This document shows positions 9,630-19,501 of a stretch of 64,000 bases of DNA, piece after piece; positions within the stretch are counted from its first letter, which is position 1, and every line of letters starts with the position of its first letter. Location: the NCBI GenBank assembly GCA_022826645.1, contig JAJDUM010000027.1, positions 12,033-76,032 on the forward strand. The letters are read 5' to 3'. The stretch comes from Candidatus Poribacteria bacterium. GTDB taxonomy: Bacteria > Poribacteria > WGA-4E > PCPOR2b. Both the position numbers and the translations under genes were made by a program. Below the pieces are notes generated by a model, which saw only the letters and a list, made by a program, of their open reading frames with translations, was not told the DNA's origin and did no database searches.

Positions 9630-10023
9630 ATATGTTGTAGATACACACGCAATGGTCTGGTTTATCGCGGGTGATTCCCGCCTTGGACCAAATGCTATGC
9701 AAATCTTATCCAACTTTGATAGTGAATTAATCCTTCCCATTACAGCTCTCGCCGAAGTATGCTGGATTATCGAACGCGGTAGAACGAGCATTCCGAGTGT
9801 TGCCGCCTTCCTCCTAATGATCGATACAGATCCCCGCGTGACCGTTACTCCGCTTGACCGTACCATCCTTGACAGAACTTTATCGCTAACTGAAATCAAT
9901 GAGATGCATGACCGACAAATTGCTGCAACTACTTTGGTTCTGATTGACCAAGGAGAAAGCGTCGCTCTGCTCACCTACGACGAGAATATCCGCGAAGCGG
10001 ATCTTGTGCCTGTTATCTGGTGA
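9613..10023 (+). CDS. vapC: PIN-domain toxin (VapC family)
   Basis: 'YVVDTHAMVWF' (the first acidic PIN residue) and a later 'LLTYDENI' (conserved D). Gene order and overlap with the upstream small ORF are typical. Confidence 0.78.
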   Translation: MKMRSKYVVDTHAMVWFIAGDSRLGPNAMQILSNFDSELILPITALAEVCWIIERGRTSIPSVAAFLLMIDTDPRVTVTPLDRTILDRTLSLTEINEMHDRQIAATTLVLIDQGESVALLTYDENIREADLVPVIW

Positions 10024-10089
10024 CTTGTTACGTATGACGGCTGCCCCCAATACGGATTATGTGGAGCAAGGGCTAACTTCATTTTCCGT

Positions 10090-12000
10090 TCACCAGGGAA
10101 TGATAGGCAGAACGATGTGCGAAGGATGGTTGCAGTCAAGGTACACCGTATTCTGTGCCACGACGGTATGCGTATGCCGTCCCATCGGCTCGCCGGTGTT
10201 CGGGTTGATATCAAATCGCGGGAAGTTGCTGCTCGATATATCGACCCGAATCCGGTGCCCTGCCTTGAAGAGATTACAGGTCGGCGGCAGGGCGATTTGG
10301 ACCTGATAAACCTCACCCGGTTCCATCAACTGTTCTCGCTCCCAACCCTCCCGGTAACGGATACGGAGGATAGAATCAACAAGGTTCATGTGGTAGCCAG
10401 CGGGATAATCCTCGTTTGATGGATAAACATCAATCAGCTTAGCCGTGAAGTCGGTATCCACCGCCGAAGATGAGATCCACAGTTTCACCATCATCGCCCC
10501 GGTCACCTCAATATCTTCATCCAGTGGTGGTGTTTGAAATACGAGGACATCCGACCGCACCGCAAGAGGGAGATACGGCGGTTTAGCCCCTACGATACCG
10601 GGTTCTTCCTTCTGGTGCGCTGCGCCATCCATAATGATACTACGCATCCGTGCTCTGGGCGGCGTGTACTGTGGGGCCATTCCTTCGCCCAACGCTACCT
10701 GCTCGTAAAACCCAGTGACGTTTGCAGCGATCGTCGGCACCGGATTGTCTGGATCGTGGCTGAAACGGACCGGTGGGTCAGTCGCGCCGGGCATATCCGG
10801 CTTCAGCTCTCCACCTGCATGGAGGTAATATGTGACATGTTTCGTGCGGGCTGGGGGCCACTCCTTTTCTGATCGCCACTCACCGCCATGATTCAAACGT
10901 CCCTCGCTGTTACGTCTGCCATCACCACCACCCATCACAAAGATGCGCACCGGCGGGTCATCTTCCAAGCCGTTGGGCGCATCCTTCAGCCAACGATCGA
11001 ACCAGCAGAGACGTTCCTGATTGTATATCTCGTCGCCCCACGCAGCATCGGCTCCGAAGTCAACGTCACCCACATAAGACGCTCCCGCGCCCCGCATGGC
11101 ACCGTGATTCCAGGGGCCCATCACCAAGCATTGGGGGGTCTTGTTTTGGTTGTGCATCGTCGTAAAGTAGTTGGTCGTGGCAACTGAAAAAGGATCATAC
11201 CAACCGCCGCTGAACACTGAAGGCGCATCTATGTGTCGATCAAAGTAGCGCTCTTGGTCACAGCATTCCTGCTGCCAAAATTCATCATATTCGCCACGAT
11301 AGTAGTAGTTGAAAAGCGTCTGTTCAAGGTTGGGAACCGACGCAAGCGGCGTGTGGCCCGGCTTGAAGGGGGTCGAATAGACCAATTCACGCATACGCTC
11401 CATCGCCTGTGCGATCGAATCCTTCGCTACAGGGTTGTCGCGAATCTCTTGTGAATCGTGGGCGTGGAGGAATAGTGCACCGAACATGTGGAGTGCCATT
11501 GCCCCACCTTCACGCGCCTCGTGTGCGTAAATGTTGGTGGGACCTACATCCTGCCACATTGCGGTCAAGTGGGGCGGCTGGTGCAACGCCATCACGCTCT
11601 GGACAATTGCGCCGTGTGAGCTGCCCACGGTCCCGACACGTCCATTCGACCAAGGTTGGTCGGCGATCCATTCCACAGTATCGTAGCCATCGGGGCCTTC
11701 AGTAGGATTGGCTGTGTGGAAGTATTGCCCCGTGCCTTCGGAACGCTGGCGACCCCGTAAGTCTTGGATGACGGTCACGTATCCGTGGCGGGTAAAAAAC
11801 TCAGCTACCGGTTCTACCCACATTTGCGGGCTGTTCTTGTCGTATGAGGTACGTCCGAGGATAGTGGGAAACGCGCCTGGTACTATCTCTCCGTTGAGGA
11901 TAGGTCGATAGATGTCAGTCGCCAGCCGTACGCCATCGCGCATCGATACCATCACGTCCTTGAATATGGCGATTCCGTATTTTGGTTCGGATCTACTCAT
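10090..12000 (-). CDS. CocE/NonD family hydrolase (X-Pro dipeptidyl-peptidase S15-like)
   Basis: An alpha/beta hydrolase N-terminus with 'GSSHG' (G-x-S-x-G) and a large C-terminal beta-sandwich domain. The start was set at 'MSRSEPKYG'. Confidence 0.78.
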   Translation of the reverse strand: MSRSEPKYGIAIFKDVMVSMRDGVRLATDIYRPILNGEIVPGAFPTILGRTSYDKNSPQMWVEPVAEFFTRHGYVTVIQDLRGRQRSEGTGQYFHTANPTEGPDGYDTVEWIADQPWSNGRVGTVGSSHGAIVQSVMALHQPPHLTAMWQDVGPTNIYAHEAREGGAMALHMFGALFLHAHDSQEIRDNPVAKDSIAQAMERMRELVYSTPFKPGHTPLASVPNLEQTLFNYYYRGEYDEFWQQECCDQERYFDRHIDAPSVFSGGWYDPFSVATTNYFTTMHNQNKTPQCLVMGPWNHGAMRGAGASYVGDVDFGADAAWGDEIYNQERLCWFDRWLKDAPNGLEDDPPVRIFVMGGGDGRRNSEGRLNHGGEWRSEKEWPPARTKHVTYYLHAGGELKPDMPGATDPPVRFSHDPDNPVPTIAANVTGFYEQVALGEGMAPQYTPPRARMRSIIMDGAAHQKEEPGIVGAKPPYLPLAVRSDVLVFQTPPLDEDIEVTGAMMVKLWISSSAVDTDFTAKLIDVYPSNEDYPAGYHMNLVDSILRIRYREGWEREQLMEPGEVYQVQIALPPTCNLFKAGHRIRVDISSSNFPRFDINPNTGEPMGRHTHTVVAQNTVYLDCNHPSHIVLPIIPW

Positions 12001-12005
12001 AGCTG

Positions 12006-12641
12006 CTACAGTCCTTGAAGAAATGGGTTTTCCCGCTTTTCCCTGCCGATCGTGGTACGAGCCCCGTGTCCGGGGCAAACAACCGTATCGTCGTCAAGCT
12101 GCCAGAGCTTTTGGCAGATTGAATCTAACAACTGTTGATAATCACCACCCCACAGGTCAGTGCGGCCGATACTATCCTGAAAGAGCGTATCCCCTGCGAA
12201 AAGGATTTTCTCGTTTTCAAGATTCAGACAGATCCCGCCGGGGCTATGTCCGGGGGTTTCAATCACAGACAGGATATACCCTGCCCAATCAATCTTATCC
12301 CCTTCACAGATGTACCTGTCTATCGTTGGTGGTTCTGGTGCTGCGAGTCCAAACATGTTACCCTGTAATTCCAGATTATCCAAAAGAATCTGATCTGCTC
12401 TATGGATAAGTACCGGCGCCTCTGTCTGTTGCTGAATCACAGCGGTAGCGGAAACATGGTCGAGGTGCCCATGCGTGTGTATCAAGTATTTGACCGTTAA
12501 TTTATGCGCTTGCAGCATTTGAAGGACCCCATCCGCGTCGCCCGGATCAATAACGACCGCTACGTGCGTTTCACTGCAACCGAGAATCCAACAGTTCGAT
12601 TGAAAAGGTGGAACAGTTAGACATTTTAATATTAAACTCAT
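12006..12641 (-). CDS. MBL-fold metallo-hydrolase (glyoxalase II-like)
   Basis: 'HTHGHLDH' (HxHxDH) and later 'PGHSPG'. The start was set at 'MSLILKCL'. Confidence 0.85.
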   Translation of the reverse strand: MSLILKCLTVPPFQSNCWILGCSETHVAVVIDPGDADGVLQMLQAHKLTVKYLIHTHGHLDHVSATAVIQQQTEAPVLIHRADQILLDNLELQGNMFGLAAPEPPTIDRYICEGDKIDWAGYILSVIETPGHSPGGICLNLENEKILFAGDTLFQDSIGRTDLWGGDYQQLLDSICQKLWQLDDDTVVCPGHGARTTIGREKRENPFLQGL

Positions 12642-12788
12642 CCGATTCACCCCAATGAATTTTATCACACCGGTGCTTCGATTGTCTATATTGATATCGG
12701 TCTGGTGCATAAATGGTGAGTAATTGCGCTTTGTGTCTTCAAGTGCCCGGTAGTGTCTCTCGCTTTCCCCTGTTTCTTGGCTGAGAGA

Positions 12789-13020
12789 TTTCTTTTAATG
12801 AATTCTAAAAATGAACAGACACCTTCGCTCCTCGGTTTCGATCCCGCCTGCCTGCCCCGATCCTATCGGGGGATTCATCGGGGATTCATCGGGGATGTAT
12901 CGGGTCCGGTAGGTGCGGTTTCTAACCGCACCGGTGCCGACTTAGCCTGCCCCGATTCATCAGGATCCTCGGAACGGGACTCGATAAATCGGGATTTGGA
13001 GCGTCTCATTAATTCTAAGG
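12789..13020 (+). repeat. modular intergenic repeat element (family A copy): 'gaattctaaaaatgaacagacac' terminus, 'ggtgcggtttctaaccgcacc' hairpin, 'cgataaatcggg' hairpin
   Basis: The same modules recur at 14474, 43317-43488 (inverted), 57686-57851 and 59333-59459. ORF 12753..13091 over this region is judged spurious. Confidence 0.7.
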
Positions 13021-13127
13021 CCCACTATTTGATAGCAGCCACATTGACCGCATTGAAATTGGACCCTAAAATGGGAACCCCTTTTTTATAGACATATTGT
13101 AATAAAAATATTACAATTTAGGCTGTT

Positions 13128-13469
13128 ATGGAAATAATCCCTCAAGATGTACGCAATTGCGTGACGCTAGATGGACGCGAACCTTATGAGGAATGGGTCA
13201 ACTCTTACCGGAATAGAAAGACCCGTGCCATCATACGGAAACGAATTAACAGGTTACATCTGGGAAATTTTGGAGATTATAAACGATTGACCGCGGACCT
13301 GTACGAACTGCGAATTCATTACGGACCGGGCTATCGTCGGATGTACTTTTGGGTAGTGGACCGTGTGATAGTAGTCCTGCTTTGCGGTGGATCTAAGAAA
13401 ACACAAAGGCGAGACATTCAAAGAGCAAAAGACTATTGGAAAGAACTAAGGAAACAAATTGATGAATAG
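13128..13469 (+). CDS. type II TA system killer protein (RelE/ParE-superfamily addiction-module killer, HigB-like)
   Basis: 113 aa. 'LHLGNFGDYKRL...LYELRIHYGPGYRRMYF' matches the addiction-module killer family, which always precedes an HTH antidote. Confidence 0.78.
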   Translation: MEIIPQDVRNCVTLDGREPYEEWVNSYRNRKTRAIIRKRINRLHLGNFGDYKRLTADLYELRIHYGPGYRRMYFWVVDRVIVVLLCGGSKKTQRRDIQRAKDYWKELRKQIDE

Positions 13470-13809
13470 AGAAACGGTACTGAAACACACAACAATCTTC
13501 AAAAAGAATCTGCTAAAAGCACTTGCTGACCCAAACGAGGCACAAGCCTATCTGGAAGCAGCACTCATGGCATATGAAGCGGATAGCAACACAGATGCCT
13601 TGCTATTGGCAATGCGCGATGTCGCTCAGGCACAAGGGGGTATCGGACAGCTTGCCAAGCGTGTAGGTATCAGTCGTGAACACCTGTACAATGTGTTAGC
13701 GAGCAAGCACAACCCTCGTTTGGATAACCTGCTGAGTATCCTTTCAGGCTTAGGTTTCCAGGTGCGGTTGGAACCCAAAAGCGATCTAAAGAGAGCAGTG
13801 GGAGTTTAA
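13462..13809 (+). CDS. addiction-module antidote protein (HigA-like HTH antitoxin)
   Basis: An HTH 'LAKRVGISREHLYNVLASKHNP' partner, overlapping the killer gene stop by a few nucleotides. Confidence 0.78.
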   Translation: MNRETVLKHTTIFKKNLLKALADPNEAQAYLEAALMAYEADSNTDALLLAMRDVAQAQGGIGQLAKRVGISREHLYNVLASKHNPRLDNLLSILSGLGFQVRLEPKSDLKRAVGV

Positions 13810-13876
13810 AGTAAATATCAACACGTCCAGCAACGTGCGTTAAATTTAATGTAAAACAGATTGGAGAAGGTCAAGC

Positions 13877-14461
13877 GTGTTAAGGGAAGAACGAAAGAAA
13901 ATTGTGATACGCTGTGCGAAAGCGGTCTTTTCGCAGAAGGGGTATCATCAAGCGAGTATCTCAGATATCATCCAGCGAGCAGGTATCGCTAGGGGTACGT
14001 TTTATCTCTATTTTCAAAGCAAAAGGGATATCTTTAATAACATTCTCGACGAGCTCGTTAGAGAACTTGAAGGGGTTATAAAGCGGCTTGATTTAGATCC
14101 TTCAGCCACTTCATTAGAACAGTTGAAAAGTATCCTGCGATCGATTATCATGCTTGCATTAGAAGATCGGGACATGACCCAGATTGTATTGAATTGCACC
14201 GGCGGTTTGGACAGTGAGTTTGACGGTAAGTTGCGAGAATTTTATGAGACGGCGCTAGGCATGATCGAATCTAGTCTCCAACACGGAATTGAACTCGGTT
14301 TAGTGAGAAAATGCAACACGAAGGTGATTGCCTGCTGCGTTCTAGGCTGCATGAAAGAGGTGGTCAATCACGTTTTTTCAGACGCGGAAGCTATTTCTCA
14401 ACTGGATCAAATCTTAGATGAAGTTTTAAATTTCGGATTGCAAGGAATTTTAACCGCTTAG
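13877..14461 (+). CDS. TetR/AcrR family transcriptional regulator
   Basis: N-terminal HTH 'ASISDIIQRAGIARGTFYLYFQSKRDIF', the TetR signature. GTG start. Confidence 0.85.
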   Translation: MLREERKKIVIRCAKAVFSQKGYHQASISDIIQRAGIARGTFYLYFQSKRDIFNNILDELVRELEGVIKRLDLDPSATSLEQLKSILRSIIMLALEDRDMTQIVLNCTGGLDSEFDGKLREFYETALGMIESSLQHGIELGLVRKCNTKVIACCVLGCMKEVVNHVFSDAEAISQLDQILDEVLNFGLQGILTA

Positions 14462-14473
14462 ATGGTTTATGGT

Positions 14474-14540
14474 GAATTCTAAAAATAAATAGACACTTTT
14501 CCCGCAGCGAACCGTTGCGTTGACCGGGAACCCGTCGCCC
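14474..14540 (+). repeat. short copy of family-A intergenic repeat ('gaattctaaaaataaatagacac' + hairpin cgcagcgaaccgttgcg)
   Basis: The 23-bp terminus is identical to that at 57686-57708. Confidence 0.6.
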
Positions 14541-14602
14541 GAACATGAAGCCTTTCTTAGAGAGTATATCGGCACACAAAAACATTGAGAGAAGGAGGAA
14601 TA

Positions 14603-14956
14603 ATGACTATTGATGTCAAAAATAGAGATGGTGTTATCGTCTTAAAGCCTCAGGGCACACTCGTCGGTCCGGCAGGCAATGAGCTCAAACAGGTGATTGA
14701 AACCCATCTACAAGATGCCGTTGAATCAACCAATTTTCTGTTTGATTTTGCCGATTGCCTGCGGATAGATAGTTCCGCTGTGGGCGTGATAATAGGGTTG
14801 CATGTATCCATCGCACAACAGGGCGGAGTCGTCGGGGTCACGAACCTCAGCACCAGCCTCAAAAATTACTTTGTGATGGCGAAACTGATTACGGCGTTCA
14901 AACATTTCAACAGTGAGAACGAAGCGATCGTCAATCTTCGAGCGATAGGAAGCTAG
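14603..14956 (+). CDS. STAS-domain anti-sigma-factor antagonist (SpoIIAA-like), paralog 1
   Basis: STAS fold with the conserved phospho-Ser context 'IDSSAVGVIIGL'. The RBS GGAGG is 6 nt upstream of the ATG at 14603. Confidence 0.78.
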   Translation: MTIDVKNRDGVIVLKPQGTLVGPAGNELKQVIETHLQDAVESTNFLFDFADCLRIDSSAVGVIIGLHVSIAQQGGVVGVTNLSTSLKNYFVMAKLITAFKHFNSENEAIVNLRAIGS

Positions 14957-15267
14957 AACAACTTTTAAGGCGTAGGGCAGGTAAAACTGCCCTAAGGAAT
15001 CGGGGATTTCTGATGGGGGATACCCCCGCAGGGAAAATAGATGGGGTGTCTTTCGGGGCACCCCCACCGTTTCAAAGCAAACAGACACACCGTTATTACC
15101 GCACCCATCAACCTGAATTGAGTCTCATCTTGAGATTCCTAACAAACGTCGGTGATTCAGAATTGTCAGATCAATGACAAAGCATCATTGATTCACCCGG
15201 CGAGCCATAACACAGTTGAAAATCGTCCTATAAGTCCTCTTATCGAATTGTCTGCAAGGAGGAGCCG

Positions 15268-15612
15268 ATGGAGATTCATATCAAAAACAGAGATGGCGTC
15301 ATTGTCATGAAACCAATCGGAAGCATCATTGGACCAGCAAGCAATGCGTTCAAACACGCAATTATCGACGAAATAAAAGGCAGCACTGAATCGCCCAACT
15401 TCGTATTTGACTTTGCCGGTGTCTCCCGGATAGATAGCGTCGGCATCGGCGCGTTGGTGGGATCCCATTTATCAATCGCACAAAGAGGTGGACAGGTCGG
15501 TATAATCAACATCAGTAAGAACATCAGTAACCCCTTTGTCATGGCGAAACTGATTACGACGTTCAAACATTTCAACAGTGAGAACGAAGCGATCGTCAAT
15601 CTACGGGGATGA
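15268..15612 (+). CDS. STAS-domain anti-sigma-factor antagonist, paralog 2
   Basis: 'IDSVGIGALVGS'. The last ~65 nt are nearly identical to paralog 1 (15540-15609 vs 14876-14945). Confidence 0.78.
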   Translation: MEIHIKNRDGVIVMKPIGSIIGPASNAFKHAIIDEIKGSTESPNFVFDFAGVSRIDSVGIGALVGSHLSIAQRGGQVGIINISKNISNPFVMAKLITTFKHFNSENEAIVNLRG

Positions 15613-15709
15613 GCAGCAGAGATGTCTGATAATGGGGCTTATAGGATATTTCGCAAATCGAGTTTCTGCGGAAAAGGGGAGCAATTTGTGAAAAAGGAGG
15701 CGATCAGCT

Positions 15710-15991
15710 ATGGAGGTCGTGCGTCGGAAGCAAATCGCTAAACGTGCTTTGACTGATTTAGAAGAGGTGGTGTTAGATGTTTTGCATGAGGCGGGCGTAC
15801 CCCTCCGGGGCGGGGAAATTAGTAGGCGGATAGATATTCCTGCTTCACAAATCGCTAGTGTTTCATATCCGCTGATTCATGGTGTTCTGGAGTCCCTTGC
15901 ACGTAAAGGTCTTGTCTTTCAACCTATGGCTGATATAGGCAAACGCGAATGGGGGCTTACAGAGAAGACGACTGAAAGAATGAAAGATTAA
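15710..15991 (+). CDS. hypothetical small protein (possible winged-helix)
   Basis: 93-aa ORF with an RBS-like 'aaggagg' upstream. No recognisable motif. Confidence 0.4.
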   Translation: MEVVRRKQIAKRALTDLEEVVLDVLHEAGVPLRGGEISRRIDIPASQIASVSYPLIHGVLESLARKGLVFQPMADIGKREWGLTEKTTERMKD

Positions 15992-16154
15992 AAAAGGGAT
16001 CTTTATGACAAAGGCAATGACGCGCCTTGAAGGTTATATCGTCGCTGTGCTCCTGCTATCGGCGGTCCTATATGACACGAATTTTGCGATGTTCACCCAA
16101 ATCAACCCCTACGGCATATCAGATGGGCGTATCATCGAGTAGACTGTCGAAGAT

Positions 16155-16445
16155 ATGCCTATCATAGGCGTAGCGGTGCTGCTCGCATCGGATAATCCGA
16201 GGGAAGTCTTCGTGTGGGTGTCCGGGGACGTGGGCGGGAGCCGCACCGAGCATCATGAGACCCTTCAAAAGCAGGAAGGCGATACGATTACTATTCACCT
16301 CACAACACTAACGACGATACGAGACGGTGTGGGGTGCACTCAGGCGGCGAGAGCCTATTACGAGACGTTTTATCTTGGAATCTTGTCGCCGGGCGATTAT
16401 AAAATCAGCGTCAACGGCGTGGAGAAGCAACTTCGTATTGACTAA
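16155..16445 (+). CDS. hypothetical protein (possibly the 3' part of a gene interrupted by an in-frame TAG at 16140)
   Basis: The ORF is in the same frame as upstream ORF 16005..16142, which has a signal-peptide-like N-terminus. Confidence 0.3.
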   Translation: MPIIGVAVLLASDNPREVFVWVSGDVGGSRTEHHETLQKQEGDTITIHLTTLTTIRDGVGCTQAARAYYETFYLGILSPGDYKISVNGVEKQLRID

Positions 16446-16573
16446 CTCGAATTATGGGACATTCCCACCTTATGGCAGTCAGCTTGACAACACGTTGAGG
16501 TACCTTTGAGCCTCCTGTGGTTTGTCAATGCAGAGGCTGACTGCCGCCAACTTTGATTAAGGAGGATTTACCA

Positions 16574-17134
16574 ATGAAAAGCAGTTTAGTCCGTTTTAGT
16601 AAGCCGTTACTGTTGCTGGTATTCGTTTGTCTCACTTTTGTCAGTTGCGATGCAATAGACGAAATACTCACCCTAACCACGTTAACCGAGGCGGTAGCTA
16701 TCATCGGTGCTGCGAGCGGTAGCGACCTAACTGGTATAGCGATGTTCATGCAAGAAGGCGATGCAATCACGGTCTTCATTGAGATTGAGGGAGTCTCTCC
16801 GGGGCTCCACGCCGTTCATATTCACGAAACCGGCGATTGCAGCGCACCTGATGGTTCATCCGCTGACGGTCATTGGAATCCGACGGACGCCCCTCACGGC
16901 AAATGGGGTGTAGGGGAGTTTCATCTCGGCGACTTGGGCAATATAGAAGTCGATGAAGACGGGATAGGAACGTTTGAGTTGACGACGAACCTATGGGAAA
17001 TAGGAACAGGCTCTGACCTTGATATTGTAGGCAAGGGTATCATCGTCCACGCGGGCGCTGATGATTTTACCTCACAGCCATCGGGTAACGCCGGCGCACG
17101 GATCGGTTGCGGGGTAATAGAGTTAATAAAATAG
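16574..17134 (+). CDS. sodC: superoxide dismutase [Cu-Zn], lipoprotein-type
   Basis: 'HAVHIHETGDC', 'GHWNP', 'GDLGN' and 'HAGADD' are Cu/Zn SOD copper and zinc ligands. A lipobox 'LTFVSC' and an AAGGAGG RBS are present. Confidence 0.9.
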   Translation: MKSSLVRFSKPLLLLVFVCLTFVSCDAIDEILTLTTLTEAVAIIGAASGSDLTGIAMFMQEGDAITVFIEIEGVSPGLHAVHIHETGDCSAPDGSSADGHWNPTDAPHGKWGVGEFHLGDLGNIEVDEDGIGTFELTTNLWEIGTGSDLDIVGKGIIVHAGADDFTSQPSGNAGARIGCGVIELIK

Positions 17135-17588
17135 CTTAGAACCTGTTATAAAAAGCAAGAATCTGTCCTAAAGTGCTGTAAAATTGTCAACCCACAGCGA
17201 GCCGCGTTGGGGGATAGAGGGTGGGTCTACCGGTCCGTCGGTGGAACCAAACCCTTACCATGACACGGTTTGCTGAATACAGTGATAATATGTCGTTGAA
17301 TAGTATATGCCCTTCTGAATTGGCGAAGAAACCGAGTTTTGAAGTCTGTCCCCCCGATGAATTGAGACAGGCGGGACAGGCGAGACCAAGAAAAAAACTC
17401 GGTTTCAGGGTAAATTATGTTACCCAAAATGACTTTTCAAACAGGCTCTTAGATACAGACTTATGGCGGTCAATTTGCACCGGTTCTCTAGTGAGTCACG
17501 GCACCCACCATAGCCAGAGGGTGATTGCCGCCAATACTTATGATAGTCAATCTCACAAGTGGTAGCTCTTATCTGTTAGGGAGATTTT

Positions 17589-18815
17589 ATGATATTGCGT
17601 TTAGTGCTGCTAATCAATTTGCTACTGACTGTTGGGGTGGGCTTTACATCTGCCCAAACTGTATCTATTACTGACCCCAATCTCCGCGCCGCTATTGAGG
17701 ACACCTTGGGCAAACGGGGCGGTGCACCCATCACTCAGACGGAGATGGCAACCTTGACCGAACTTAGAGCCCCTAACGCCGACATTACCGATCTGGCTGG
17801 ACTTGAAGCCGCGACGAATTTAGCACGACTTGATTTGGGTGATGCGTATGTAGCGTTAGAAGGTCGTTTTATCAACAGTAATTCTATTTCAAATCTCTCG
17901 CCGCTGGAGGGCTTAACTCAGCTCACCCGGCTGGACCTCGAGGGGAACCAGATCAGAGACCTCTCGCCCTTAGCAGGACTTATCAATTTGGTCATATTGG
18001 AACTTGGGACCAACGCCATATCCGACATCACGGTTCTATCAGGACTGACCAACCTGTTCTCTGTGAGGCTTTGGAACAACAACATCTCTGACATCTCACC
18101 TTTGGTTGCCAATAGCGGGCTTGGACAAGGCGAAGAAGTGAATGTGAGTGAAAACCCCCTCAGCGACACATCGATAAACATCCACATCCCCGCGCTCCAG
18201 AGCCGAGGGGTTGAAGTCCACTTTTCCAACCTCAAGCCGGTGCTAGCAGAATATCTGTTAGCACTGCCTGCGGGGTTGAGCTTGATCCATATTCCTTTGA
18301 AAGTGGTAACCGTTGACGGGCTGACAAAAACTATTATTACAATCGGTGATCTTTACGATGCGCTGGGGGGATCGACCGTCAACTTCCTTATCACCTACGA
18401 TCCCGTCGCCCAAGAGTGGTTTGCGTATTTCGGTGATGCCGCCAAAAATGGTCCCGGCGACCGAGCCTTGACCGACGGCATGGGGATTTTGGTCGGTATG
18501 TTGGTGCCTGTCTCGGTTCGTCTCAACGGCAACCCGCTGTTGATGGGTAAAAAAGAAGGCACCGTTGTCCTGTACGCTGGGCTTAACCTCTTGGGACTGC
18601 CCTTGAAAGATGAAAGGATAACCCGTGTGAGTGACCTGTTGACACTTGATGGATTTTTGGACAACACCCTTGCGATTGTACTGACCGAAGCGGGAGAGTT
18701 TAAGCTGGTCGCACGGGCGAACGATCCTGGTGATATTGAGGTCAAGGAGGGGCAAGGCTTTATCGTTATCGTTGAACGCGCGGCGAGGGTTAGTATTTCT
18801 GGTGATGGCTGGTAA
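17589..18815 (+). CDS. secreted leucine-rich-repeat (LRR) protein
   Basis: A signal peptide is followed by repeated 22-aa LxxLxxLxLxxNxIxDISPL units. Confidence 0.78.
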   Translation: MILRLVLLINLLLTVGVGFTSAQTVSITDPNLRAAIEDTLGKRGGAPITQTEMATLTELRAPNADITDLAGLEAATNLARLDLGDAYVALEGRFINSNSISNLSPLEGLTQLTRLDLEGNQIRDLSPLAGLINLVILELGTNAISDITVLSGLTNLFSVRLWNNNISDISPLVANSGLGQGEEVNVSENPLSDTSINIHIPALQSRGVEVHFSNLKPVLAEYLLALPAGLSLIHIPLKVVTVDGLTKTIITIGDLYDALGGSTVNFLITYDPVAQEWFAYFGDAAKNGPGDRALTDGMGILVGMLVPVSVRLNGNPLLMGKKEGTVVLYAGLNLLGLPLKDERITRVSDLLTLDGFLDNTLAIVLTEAGEFKLVARANDPGDIEVKEGQGFIVIVERAARVSISGDGW

Positions 18816-18824
18816 TAGTTCTGG

Positions 18825-19475
18825 ATGTTTTTGACAACCGTAGCCTTTCGAGAGGTCAGCCTTGCCACAAGCGATGACGTTTATTCACAAAGTGCCGACG
18901 CTATCTTTGCCGAATCGCTTAACTCACTCGGTGTTGAGGTCTTAACTACTGAAACGGTCCCCCTCCGCGCCAGCAATTATACCGAATCACTGACACGCAT
19001 CAAGGCACTCGCTCCGGATGCCATCATGGTCTCAGTGCAACCGTTTGATATGCCGGAGATTATGGTTCAGGCACGTCAGGTGGGCATAGATACATCTGTT
19101 CCCATAATTCTGCCGTTGCTCAGTTCGACCGAGGGGCAGAAAGCGGGCGATGCCGCCGAAGGAGTTATCACCGTTGCCGCATGGTCTATCGAGGCGGACA
19201 CCCCATACAATCAGGCGTTTGTTCGCAACTTCCGTGCAAAATATGAATCGGACCCTAACCTGTTCGGCGCGTTGGCTTACACCTCGGTCTATCTCCTGAC
19301 GAATGCAATCTCCAGTGCCGGCTCAATCGAATCGGACGCGGTTCGTGATGCACTCGCTGAGACGGAGGGCTTTGATACAGTGTTGGGCAGCTTCTCTTTT
19401 GACGCGGTGGGCGATCCGGTGTATGATCCGGTCACGTTGATAGTAGAAAATGGCGTATTGGAAGCGTTTGAGTAG
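18825..19475 (+). pseudogene. C-terminal fragment of a LivK-type (branched-chain amino acid, type I periplasmic-binding fold) ABC substrate-binding protein
   Basis: The 216 aa match only the C-terminal lobe of PBP type I proteins. There is no signal peptide, and stop codons lie upstream in frame. Confidence 0.5.
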
Positions 19476-19501
19476 ACAACATTCGACAAAACGGAGGACT
19501 T

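Noticed and set aside
12753-13091. 112-aa ORF 'MSLAFPCFLAERF...'
   Set aside because: It lies entirely over the family-A repeat element, including its hairpins. It has low-complexity composition and no RBS, so it is likely spurious.
17135-17588. 454-bp intergenic region with ORF 17221..17565 and a GC-rich 'gttgggggatagagggtgggtctaccggtccgtcggtggaacc' segment
   Set aside because: I considered a riboswitch or leader, but could not match it to any known ncRNA family. The ORF has no RBS and odd composition.
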